Position numbers and translations under genes: made by a program | DNA from: a virus | Taxonomy: Duplodnaviria; Caudoviricetes | Virus record (IMG/VR): IMGVR_UViG_3300003971_000012 | Location: 1-33,595 of that record | DNA length: 33,595 nucleotides | Reading direction: 5' to 3' (one strand) | Shown here: one piece after another, positions 1-7,228 of the stretch | How positions within the stretch are numbered: position 1 is the first letter of the stretch | Layout: every line of letters starts with the position of its first letter | Notes under the pieces: model-generated | The model's database searches: none | What the model saw: the letters and a program-made list of their open reading frames with translations, nothing else | Told to the model about the DNA's origin: nothing

Positions 1-89
1 GGTGGCCGATGCCGCGCCCCGCGCGCCGGTGGCCGATGCCGCGCCCTGCCAGCCGGTGGCCGATGCCGCGCCCTGCTCGCCGGTGGCCG
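1..89. repeat. 27-bp coding tandem repeat (3 full units plus a partial unit)
   Basis: GGTGGCCGATGCCGCGCCC starts at 1, 28 and 55, and GGTGGCCG recurs at 82. Only two codons vary per unit. Confidence 0.9.
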
Positions 90-459
90 TCGAACCATCT
101 TCCTTCAGCGAGCGAGCGAACACATAATCGACTGCGCGCTTGATGAGCGAAGCCAGCGGAATTTCTACACCGATGCTGATGACCGAAGCGCTGAACTTAA
201 TCTTGTCGTCGGTGTGGAGGTCGCCGCCCTGGGTCACATCGCAGTAACGCGAACCGGCTGGCGGATAATATCCGAACACTTCAAACGGATGCGCCTCGGT
301 AGTGCAGGCGTGGAAACCGCTGCTGCACGCCTTGACCTTACCTTCGTGCGTGAAGGTTTTGCCGATCTCGAACTGGTAGCCGCGACATGCGAGGTTGCTG
401 TCGAACCCCTTAATTGCGGCGATGGTCTTTTTAGGGGCTGGCTTGGGCTTTCGTGCCAT
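1..459 (-). CDS. Phage early protein with ATGxxGAAS repeats, truncated at the window edge and absent from the ORF track
   Basis: Manual translation from ATG 459 (GGAG RBS upstream) gives MARKPKPAPKKTIAAIKGFDSNLACRGYQFEIGKTFTHEGKVKACSSGFHAC...GSTATGEQGAASATGWQGAASATGARGAASAT. The frame is open to position 1. Confidence 0.85.
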   Translation of the reverse strand, partial: MARKPKPAPKKTIAAIKGFDSNLACRGYQFEIGKTFTHEGKVKACSSGFHACTTEAHPFEVFGYYPPAGSRYCDVTQGGDLHTDDKIKFSASVISIGVEIPLASLIKRAVDYVFARSLKEDGSTATGEQGAASATGWQGAASATGARGAASAT

Positions 460-493
460 CGTGCGTCTCCTCGGCTTCGTTGCCGTTGAGGAG

Positions 494-522
494 ACTATCT
501 ACAAAATCCTTGTAGCAGTCAA
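494..522 (-). promoter_or_regulatory. PL-like promoter
   Basis: The minus strand reads TTGACT-N17-GATAGT, similar to lambda PL. It overlaps operators and points into the leftward gene. Confidence 0.7.
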
Positions 523-536
523 CACGTTTTTTGTGC
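499..536. promoter_or_regulatory. OL-like operators
   Basis: CTACAA-AATCC-TTGTAG (499-515) has perfect inverted half-sites. CAACAC-GTTTT-TTGTGC (520-536) is a near match. Confidence 0.75.
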
Positions 537-541
537 CGCCC

Positions 542-922
542 TTACAAGAATTCCGAAAAGAGCGTGATGCGCCCTATTTTCCGCCCGTCTGCATCGGTGA
601 TAAACAGCTCGCGATCTGCGGCGGGCGATGGCTTGGCAGGGGGCGCGCTGGCAGCGATAGCCTGGTCGAGTTGGCCGCTTTCGATCAGCTCGCGCACGAT
701 GGCCCACCATGCCGGTAGCTTTGCGGGTCCACTATCGGCGTCGCTGTTCTCTATGGCAGAGAGCTGTTGCTGGTGGATGGTAACGGGGAAGCCCTGACGC
801 TTTGCCAGCACGGTCGCAAAGGTCGCGATCTGGCGGTTTGACACATTGCCGCGCTTGCCGCGCTCAGACGCAAGCCAGCGCCCCGCGTCGATCACTTCCT
901 GCTTTGCGTCGCCCTTGGCCAT
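542..922 (-). CDS. CI-like repressor, 126 aa, XRE-like HTH, no peptidase domain
   Basis: It is divergent from Cro and lies between two operator clusters. HQQQLSAIE resembles a recognition helix. ATG 922 is preferred over the track start at 1024, which would run across the operators. Confidence 0.65.
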   Translation of the reverse strand: MAKGDAKQEVIDAGRWLASERGKRGNVSNRQIATFATVLAKRQGFPVTIHQQQLSAIENSDADSGPAKLPAWWAIVRELIESGQLDQAIAASAPPAKPSPAADRELFITDADGRKIGRITLFSEFL

Positions 923-933
923 GATTCGGGCTT

Positions 934-999
934 CTACAAAAACGCTGTGCGCTGCGCTGCTACAAAATCCTTGTTGCATGACCGACAAGATTATTGTAG
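934..999. promoter_or_regulatory. OR-like operators (three) with overlapping PR/PRM-like promoters
   Basis: Sites are CTACAAAAACGCTGTGC 934-950, CTACAAAATCCTTGTTG 960-976 and CGACAAGATTATTGTAG 983-999. TTGCAT-N17-TAGCTA lies at 974-1002. Confidence 0.75.
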
Positions 1000-1008
1000 C
1001 TAGAGGGC

Positions 1009-1230
1009 ATGACGCACGAAACACTCAAGCGCGCCGTTGAGCTGGCAGGAACGCAAGCCGCTTTTGCCGAGCGCATCGGCGCTTCGCAGCAGATCGTCTC
1101 ATACTGGCTACGGAAGGAAAGGCCGCTACCGGCTGAATATGTCCTCGCCACCGAACAGGCGTTCGGCATTTCGCGCCACGAGCTGCGCCCGGACATTTAC
1201 CCGCCCTCCGATGCGCAGGTGGCAGCATGA
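1009..1230 (+). CDS. cro: Cro-like (YdaS-type) repressor
   Basis: 73 aa with HTH TQAAFAERIGASQQIVSYW and the typical ISRHELRPDIY tail, in the Cro position. Confidence 0.85.
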   Translation: MTHETLKRAVELAGTQAAFAERIGASQQIVSYWLRKERPLPAEYVLATEQAFGISRHELRPDIYPPSDAQVAA

Positions 1231-1865
1231 AGCACGTCTATTTCCTGCGGCCAATCGGTGCGACCAGCCCTGTCAAGATTGGATGCTCCGCAACGCCAGT
1301 AAAGCGGTTGCGCAGCGTTGAGATTTGGTCCCCGGTCGAGCTGGAATTGGTTGCGTCGGCTCCCGGAAACAATTGCCACGAATGGACGCTGCACCAGATG
1401 TTTGCGACCGATCGTTTGCATGGGGAGTGGTTTGCCGAGAGCGAGCGCCTCAATGAGGTCATCAATCAAGTTGCTGCTACCGGGGCGCTTCCGCCTTTGC
1501 CGGTCCCCAATGGTCCGAAGGAATGGAGCGAGGCCCGCGCAAAGGCCAAAGCGACGCGTCCCCGACGCGCTCCCGCAGAGCACCTTGCAAAGTCGAAGCT
1601 GACCAGTCGGATTACGGCTGCTGAAAAGCACGCCTTCGGCTTCGGCGACAAGGAATATCGCCCCGCAGAGATTTGCGAGATTGTGGCGAGCTATCAAGGT
1701 TTCGGCTCGCCATTGCCGAGTGATGACGCACTCGCGCTATGTGAAGAATACATCGGCCGCCTGCTCAAGATGCCCAAGTCTGACCGCTCTTTTGCCGCAT
1801 GGAAAAAGTGGTCGGATGCGCGCGCCGCTGGCCAGCCCCTGCCTGCGCTGGATGATGCAGCATGA
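1227..1865 (+). CDS. T5orf172/GIY-YIG-like domain protein
   Basis: VYF...VKIG...RL...E..LH..F...RLHGEWF motif pattern. Confidence 0.8.
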   Translation: MKHVYFLRPIGATSPVKIGCSATPVKRLRSVEIWSPVELELVASAPGNNCHEWTLHQMFATDRLHGEWFAESERLNEVINQVAATGALPPLPVPNGPKEWSEARAKAKATRPRRAPAEHLAKSKLTSRITAAEKHAFGFGDKEYRPAEICEIVASYQGFGSPLPSDDALALCEEYIGRLLKMPKSDRSFAAWKKWSDARAAGQPLPALDDAA

Positions 1866-2065
1866 CCCAAGCAAAGCCCCTGTGCTGCGAGACTAACGCC
1901 CTTCTTCGCGAAGAGCTGCGCCAGCTTGATCCGGGGAACCGGGTTCTGGCGATGGTCGAACGGTATCTCGAAGGCAGTCAGTCCAAAGAGCCAGCACTTC
2001 AATGCGGGCCTGAATGTAAGCAGTCGCAGCTTGATGCGTCCGCGTCGGAGGCCGCTCGTGCCTAA
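1862..2065 (+). CDS. Hypothetical protein
   Basis: ATGA-coupled to the upstream gene and overlapping the next start. Confidence 0.6.
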   Translation: MTQAKPLCCETNALLREELRQLDPGNRVLAMVERYLEGSQSKEPALQCGPECKQSQLDASASEAARA

Positions 2066-2282
2066 GCATCGCATCGCAAATCTGAGCGACAATCGCGCTA
2101 TCGACGCCAAGCTCGCGGGCTTTGCGCAAACCGATCGCGGCGGCATCGCACGACCACTGCGCGACAAGCTCAAGCTCTTTGAGCGTGCCGAGCGGCTGTT
2201 CGCTTTCTTCCACGTGTTCTCTCCGTCCGTCGTGACCAATGCAGACGGTAGGACGGGCGCGTTGCAGGAGTCCATCCTGTGA
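2058..2282 (+). CDS. Hypothetical protein
   Basis: GTG 2058 is preceded by GGAGG, and the stop overlaps the next GTG. Confidence 0.55.
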   Translation: MPKHRIANLSDNRAIDAKLAGFAQTDRGGIARPLRDKLKLFERAERLFAFFHVFSPSVVTNADGRTGALQESIL

Positions 2283-2458
2283 CGCGCCCGGATGACGTTC
2301 TCCGCGACCTCGCTCGCGTCAAGGCGCTGTTCCAGCTCCGCGCTATTGCCGCGATCATTGACGCACCCAATCCCCCCGCGTCGGCTTCCGTCGATGCCAC
2401 CTATGCCGGGAGCGGTCATCGCATCGCTCCCGGCGCTTTGGGGGAGGCCGCAGCATGA
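2279..2458 (+). CDS. Small hypothetical protein (59 aa, not in track)
   Basis: GTGA-coupled start with AGGAG RBS. Translation MTRPDDVLRDLARVKALFQLRAIAAII...GEAAA ends in an ATGA overlap. Confidence 0.55.
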   Translation: MTRPDDVLRDLARVKALFQLRAIAAIIDAPNPPASASVDATYAGSGHRIAPGALGEAAA

Positions 2459-2634
2459 TCGCCGCCGCTCTCACCATTTACGCCACCCTTGTCCTTCCGC
2501 TCGTGGCTCTCGCCATGTGCGCCTTCATTGCCGGTGCGCGCTCCGACGAGAAGCAGGGCCAGCACCAGGCAGCATCGGAAGGGGCGGGGTTCGACGGTTT
2601 CCATACCCAAATTGATACACGCAAAGGGCTGTAG
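2455..2634 (+). CDS. Small membrane protein (59 aa, not in track)
   Basis: GGAGG RBS. The N-terminus MIAAALTIYATLVLPLVALAMCAFIAG is hydrophobic. Confidence 0.55.
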   Translation: MIAAALTIYATLVLPLVALAMCAFIAGARSDEKQGQHQAASEGAGFDGFHTQIDTRKGL

Positions 2635-2638
2635 GATC

Positions 2639-3064
2639 ATGTCATCCGGTAATGAGATTGTGCGACAGCGCCAGTGCGTCATCCGGCGCGAGCTGGATCG
2701 TCGCGGCATCGCACTCAAGGCCGTGTCGTTTGACAGCGGCATCCCATATGCGACGCTGCTGTCCTACTTTCCGGAACAGGGCGGACGCGAACCGGCGGCT
2801 ATCCCCGGTGGCGCAATCTACGCGCTTGCAGACGGCAACGCGATCCCGCTCGACCTGCTGTCGCTGCTGATGCCAACCGGGTTCTTGATCGTGCGCGCGC
2901 CTGAGGCTGTGGATCACGATGAAGCCAGCGCGGCTATGCGCGCCTACCTGGCCGAAAAGGACAAGGCACATCACCCTGAAAGCGAAAACGGTCGCGACAT
3001 CGGCCCTGCTGAAGAGGAGGCGCTTCGTGCTCGCCTGACTTTGGTCGGGAGCAAGGCCGCATGA
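2639..3064 (+). CDS. CII-like regulatory protein
   Basis: HTH-like LKAVSFDSGIPYATLLSYF followed by a helical C-terminus, located downstream of Cro. Confidence 0.5.
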   Translation: MSSGNEIVRQRQCVIRRELDRRGIALKAVSFDSGIPYATLLSYFPEQGGREPAAIPGGAIYALADGNAIPLDLLSLLMPTGFLIVRAPEAVDHDEASAAMRAYLAEKDKAHHPESENGRDIGPAEEEALRARLTLVGSKAA

Positions 3065-3579
3065 TCTATTTCATCACCACGCCAAGCAAAGTGGCGGTCA
3101 AGATCGGCTTTGCCGAGAACTCTGTCAGCGACCGGGTTGCGACCCTGCAAACCGCCCATTGGGAAGAGCTTATCCTGATTGGCGTCATCTCTGGAACTGT
3201 GCGCCAAGAGAAAAAGATTCACGCCTTACTCGCCGGGTCTGGCTTCCGTGGGGAGTGGTTCAAATACACCACGCACGTATCGGCTATCGTCAAGGCTGTC
3301 TCATCTGGCATTGCGGATGCCGACTCCATCATCGCTTATCTGAGTGAGGTTAAGGCGATGGAGCGAGAAGCGCGGGACGTTGCTTTAATCGCTCGGCGCA
3401 AGAGAACTGCGCGTCGCAATCTGGCCACTGGTAGTCCGTCTATCCGCGAGTTTGCCGCTGAATTGCTGGTGACGCTGAAGCGCGCTGCAACCACCTCGAC
3501 CACAGCCAGAGGCCGCGCGCTTTATGCACGGCTTCGCGCCCGCAAGGTCGAGGCTGTGTCGCGGAGGATCACCACATGA
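3061..3579 (+). CDS. Second T5orf172/GIY-YIG-like domain protein
   Basis: IYF...VKIGF...RVATLQTA...EKKIH...RGEWF. Confidence 0.8.
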   Translation: MIYFITTPSKVAVKIGFAENSVSDRVATLQTAHWEELILIGVISGTVRQEKKIHALLAGSGFRGEWFKYTTHVSAIVKAVSSGIADADSIIAYLSEVKAMEREARDVALIARRKRTARRNLATGSPSIREFAAELLVTLKRAATTSTTARGRALYARLRARKVEAVSRRITT

Positions 3580-3764
3580 TCGGCGGCGAGCCTTTCGATC
3601 CCCCCATGATCCAACGCTATCTCCGCCGCAAGTCGGATGCCGAGCTGGCGTCAACGCGCCCTGAGCATTTCCAGACATGGCCCACGCGCAACATCGTGCC
3701 GGGCAAGGTCATCGCATCGTTGATCGCCAATGAGCGAGCGGCGCGAGAGGGGAGGGGGCGGTAG
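3576..3764 (+). CDS. Hypothetical protein
   Basis: GGAGG RBS and ATGA coupling. Confidence 0.6.
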   Translation: MIGGEPFDPPMIQRYLRRKSDAELASTRPEHFQTWPTRNIVPGKVIASLIANERAAREGRGR

Positions 3765-3765
3765 C

Positions 3766-4119
3766 ATGGGGCGGGGGGCATTCCAGCGCAACAAATACGG
3801 CGCTCGCAAGTCGCATTGCAGCCTGGGCCACGAGCACGACAGCAAGCGGGAAGCTTTGCGCTGCAACGAGCTTCGCGTCCTGGAGAGGGCGGGGGACATC
3901 ACTGGTCTCCAGTATCAGCCGCAATTCTGGTTCTCGATCAACGGCACCCCGCTGAAGCACCAGAACGGTCGCCGCGTCGGCTATCAGGCTGACTTTTCCT
4001 ACATTGAGAAGGGCCGCTCGGTCGTAGAGGACAGCAAGGGCTTTGCCGCCCGCGACTGGCCCCTACGCAAAGCCATCTTCCGCGCTCTTTTCCCTGACCA
4101 TGAGCTGAGGGAAGTATGA
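3766..4119 (+). CDS. DUF1064 family nuclease-like protein
   Basis: NKYGARK...DSKREA...ADFSY...VVEDSKG signature of the PD-(D/E)xK type. Confidence 0.85.
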   Translation: MGRGAFQRNKYGARKSHCSLGHEHDSKREALRCNELRVLERAGDITGLQYQPQFWFSINGTPLKHQNGRRVGYQADFSYIEKGRSVVEDSKGFAARDWPLRKAIFRALFPDHELREV

Positions 4120-4484
4120 CCCCGCGCGTCAAACAATACGCAGCCGAAGAGGCTATGCGCGCCGGAGTGTTGGCGAGCGATGTCCTGGGCACGTCCAAGC
4201 GCCCCAAGCCAGTTAGGGCACGGATGGCCGTTATTCGTCGCCTGATTGATGACGGGTTCACGCAATCCCAGATCGGTCGATGGCTTGAGCGCCACCCCTC
4301 CACCATCAGCCACGCGGTGCGCGACGATGAGCAAAAGACGCTGAGCGCTATGAGAATGGTTCTGCCCGGCCTTGCCAGCGACGCCGACCGCAAGAGCGCC
4401 ATCATGCACATGCGCCAAGTCAGGAAGATCAGCGATGCGACATGCGCCAGCCTGATCGCGGAATTTCGATTGGAGTCAGCATGA
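4116..4484 (+). CDS. DnaA C-terminal-like HTH protein
   Basis: ARMAVIRRL...TQSQIGRWLERHPSTISHAVR. Confidence 0.7.
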   Translation: MTPRVKQYAAEEAMRAGVLASDVLGTSKRPKPVRARMAVIRRLIDDGFTQSQIGRWLERHPSTISHAVRDDEQKTLSAMRMVLPGLASDADRKSAIMHMRQVRKISDATCASLIAEFRLESA

Positions 4485-5131
4485 GCCGGTGGTTTCGCCT
4501 GTATGACGAATTGCTTGACGACCCGAAGGTGCAGCGCCTGTCCGGCGACGACTTTAAGGCATGGGTCAACCTTCTCTGCCTGGCATCGCGTAACGATGGC
4601 AAGCTGCCATGCGTAGAGGACATTGCCTTTGCGCTGCGCATGGATGCCCGGAAGGCTGCGGCTACGGTTGAGCGCCTCGTGCGCGCAACGTTGCTTGACG
4701 CGGATGGGGACGGTTTCAAGCCGCACGGCTGGGACGCGCGCCAATACAAGTCGGACGTTTCAACCAGCCGCGTGAAACAGTTTCGCGAGCGCAAGAAGGC
4801 CGTTGCTGGAAACGTCGATGAAACGTTTCACGCAACGCCCCCAGATACAGATACAGAAACAGATAGTTCCGTAGCTAAAGCTACGGGCGCAAAAGCGCCT
4901 GATCCTGAGGCTGTTTTCTGGGCGGATGCCAAGGCGTATCTCAAGCCGAAGGTGAAAGGCGACCCCGGCGCACTAGTCAGCAAATGGCTGCGGGAGCGCG
5001 GCAAGCCCCTGACCATGGCGGCGCTCAACGCTGCGCAGCTCGAACGCGCAGTGGAGCCGGTCGCCTACTGCGAGGGCTACTTCCGCAGGCATGGCGCTAA
5101 CGGGCAACCGCAACCGGTGGTCCCGCTGTGA
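4481..5131 (+). CDS. Replication initiator / replisome organizer
   Basis: MSRWFRLYDELLDDPKVQRL N-terminus, ST.RVKQFRERK, and a PPDTDTETD linker. GGAG RBS before ATG 4481. Confidence 0.8.
   Translation: MSRWFRLYDELLDDPKVQRLSGDDFKAWVNLLCLASRNDGKLPCVEDIAFALRMDARKAAATVERLVRATLLDADGDGFKPHGWDARQYKSDVSTSRVKQFRERKKAVAGNVDETFHATPPDTDTETDSSVAKATGAKAPDPEAVFWADAKAYLKPKVKGDPGALVSKWLRERGKPLTMAALNAAQLERAVEPVAYCEGYFRRHGANGQPQPVVPL
4755..4899. promoter_or_regulatory. Candidate replication origin inside the initiator gene
   Basis: Clustered GAAAC/GTTTC motifs with the palindrome TGAAACGTTTCA at 4819-4830, four tandem CAGA(T/A)A at 4842-4865, and inverted repeats at 4869-4886 and 4886-4899. Confidence 0.5.
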
Positions 5132-5290
5132 CCTGGACCCCAACCCGCCCCGGCAAACAGCTCTGCCCAGAGTGCAGCGCCACCCGTAAAAACAAACGAG
5201 ACAGGTGCCTGAATGCAACACGAACCGATGATGGATGGGTCTGGTTCTGCCACAACTGCGGTTACTCCGGCGGCATCGGGCATTCACCCG
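5128..5290 (+). CDS. Primase zinc-binding domain (frame stays open to 5616; may join the next ORF by a +1 shift)
   Basis: CPEC...KNKRDRCL...WFCHNCGYSG. The GTGA start is coupled to the initiator stop. Confidence 0.75.
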
Positions 5291-6685
5291 AAGCACGTGG
5301 CATGGATCGAAGCGCGCGGGATTTCCGCCGACCTAGCGGCAAAGCTGGGTTTGCAAACGGTAACTCGGGATGGCGCGGCATGGCTGGCGGTGCCCTACGT
5401 GGAATGGGGGAAGCCGGTAAACCACAAGTATCGGCTGACCTCCGAAAAGCGGCACATGATGGATTCCGGCGCGCCCCTGACGCTGTGGAATCACGATTGC
5501 CTGATCGAGGACAGCGACCAACCCTTGGTCATTTGCGAGGGGGAGTGGGACGCGCTGACGGCGGTGCAACTGGGTTGGCGCGCGGTATCGGTTCCCAACG
5601 GGGCGCCCTCCGCTGAGACTGACGACCCGGCAAACGCCAAGCGCTACGAGTTCCTCTGGCGCGCTCGGGATCAAATCAATCGGGTGTCGCGGATCATCCT
5701 GGCAACCGATGACGACCCCGCTGGCAAGGCACTCCGCGCCGACCTGATCGCGCTGCTCGGTGCTGATCGCTGCGCATTTGTCGAATACCCGTTCCCCTGC
5801 AAAGACCTCAACGAAGTCTTGCTGGAATACGGGTCAGAGGCGGTTCACAAGGCATTGCGCGAAGCCAAGCCGGTTCCGGTCGAGGGGCTATACCGCCTGA
5901 GCGATTTTCCCGACATGCCGGAAATTCGCGGCATTCCGCTCGGCATCGACGTAATGGGCGGCAAGATTGAGATTGTCCCCGGCACGCTGACCGTGTTCAC
6001 CGGCTATGCCAACATGGGCAAGACCACCATCACGAACACCGTGATTGCCCATGCCGTGATGCGCGGCCTGAACGTCTGTGTGGGCAGTTTCGAGACGGCC
6101 CCTAAGCCGATCCTTCGCGACCACATCGCCCGCGCGCTTATCGGCTGCTCGGCATACGACTTCGCGGGGCATCCGCAGCGCAAGGCCGCATACGACACGC
6201 TCGAAAAGCAGGTCCGGATTATTTCCAACTCGCTCAACGAAGACCTGGAGATCGACATCGACGCGCTGCTCGAATTGGCGCGCACCGCAGCCATCCGCGA
6301 CGGGTGCAAGTTGTTCATATTCGACCCGTGGAACGAGCTGGAACACAAGCGCCGGCACGATGAAACCGTCACCGAGTATGTGGGCCGCGCAATCCGAGCG
6401 GTGAAGCGGTTCGCGCGCACCTGTAACGTCGCGGCCTGGATCGTCGCGCACCCGACGAAGCCGCAAAAGGGCGTCAATCAGATGCCCTCGCTCTACGATG
6501 TTTCGGATTCCGCCAACTGGTCGAACAAGGCCGATTACGGGCTGGTCTATCACCGCAAGGACAAGACCGCGAACGAAGGCGAATTGGCCGTGGTAAAGGT
6601 CCGCATGGGTTTGCCCGGTGAGTGCTGTGTCGAGGCGGTCAAGTTCGATCATCGCACCAGCCGGATTGTGGGCTTCAACTCGTGA
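5213..6685 (+). CDS. TOPRIM primase / SF4 helicase (T7 gp4 or Twinkle-like); true start uncertain
   Basis: TOPRIM motifs CEGEWDAL, ATDDD and KDLNE. Walker A GYANMGKT and Walker B FIFDPWN. Confidence 0.9.
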   Translation: MQHEPMMDGSGSATTAVTPAASGIHPKHVAWIEARGISADLAAKLGLQTVTRDGAAWLAVPYVEWGKPVNHKYRLTSEKRHMMDSGAPLTLWNHDCLIEDSDQPLVICEGEWDALTAVQLGWRAVSVPNGAPSAETDDPANAKRYEFLWRARDQINRVSRIILATDDDPAGKALRADLIALLGADRCAFVEYPFPCKDLNEVLLEYGSEAVHKALREAKPVPVEGLYRLSDFPDMPEIRGIPLGIDVMGGKIEIVPGTLTVFTGYANMGKTTITNTVIAHAVMRGLNVCVGSFETAPKPILRDHIARALIGCSAYDFAGHPQRKAAYDTLEKQVRIISNSLNEDLEIDIDALLELARTAAIRDGCKLFIFDPWNELEHKRRHDETVTEYVGRAIRAVKRFARTCNVAAWIVAHPTKPQKGVNQMPSLYDVSDSANWSNKADYGLVYHRKDKTANEGELAVVKVRMGLPGECCVEAVKFDHRTSRIVGFNS

Positions 6686-6702
6686 ATATCGGAGCACCCC
6701 CA

Positions 6703-7029
6703 ATGACCACCCCATCCCAAAGCATGGTAGCCGTGATCGGCAGCGCGATTTTGTCTGAACTGGATAATTCGGGCGTGGCGCGCGCGATAGGCGGCGATTT
6801 GTCGCGTTGCGAAATCGACGCGGGCTTACTCGACATTCGTGATGTCGCCCGTGCCGCCCTAACCGCAATGCTCGATGCAACGCCGGACGTTCTGGCCGCT
6901 GCGACCGACGCGCTGGAACGTGAGACCACGCGCCAACTGTCCGAACCGCTGCTGTTGGACCCGGAAAAGCAAGCCGCCGTGTGCCTGCGCGCCGCAATTC
7001 TCGCCGCACTCAACGAAGGGGAGGGGTAA
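6703..7029 (+). CDS. Hypothetical protein
   Basis: GGAG RBS, in operon orientation. An alternative GTG start lies at 6682. Confidence 0.6.
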   Translation: MTTPSQSMVAVIGSAILSELDNSGVARAIGGDLSRCEIDAGLLDIRDVARAALTAMLDATPDVLAAATDALERETTRQLSEPLLLDPEKQAAVCLRAAILAALNEGEG

Positions 7030-7032
7030 GGG

Positions 7033-7191
7033 ATGCTCATGCTCATCCAATGGCTGATCTTCGGCCACATTCATCACTGGCGCACGCTTGAGAGTGGCGA
7101 CACCGTCCGACGCGGCGGGGACATGCCAGTCGGTCGGTACTGGCACCAAGAATGCACCAAATGCGGCAAGCGCCGATACTATCAGAGCTGA
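7033..7191 (+). CDS. Small His/Cys zinc-ribbon-like protein (52 aa, not in track)
   Basis: MLMLIQWLIFGHIHHW...QECTKCGKRRYYQS. Confidence 0.65.
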   Translation: MLMLIQWLIFGHIHHWRTLESGDTVRRGGDMPVGRYWHQECTKCGKRRYYQS

Positions 7192-7228
7192 TGTGCAAAA
7201 CACCACCCGCACCACCCAAAGGGGACGC

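Noticed and set aside
1-89. 27-bp repeats as a CRISPR array
   Set aside because: The variable parts are only about 6 nt, the period is a multiple of 3 within an ORF, and no cas genes are present.
923-1024. Longer 160-aa version of the repressor
   Set aside because: The extension crosses the operators and promoters and overlaps the cro start.
5291-5616. C-terminal part of the 162-aa ORF as a real domain
   Set aside because: It reads as an off-frame shadow of the TOPRIM coding sequence. Only the zinc-binding part looks genuine.
5888-7009. 373-aa antisense ORF
   Set aside because: It is a shadow of the helicase in GC-rich DNA and has no motifs.
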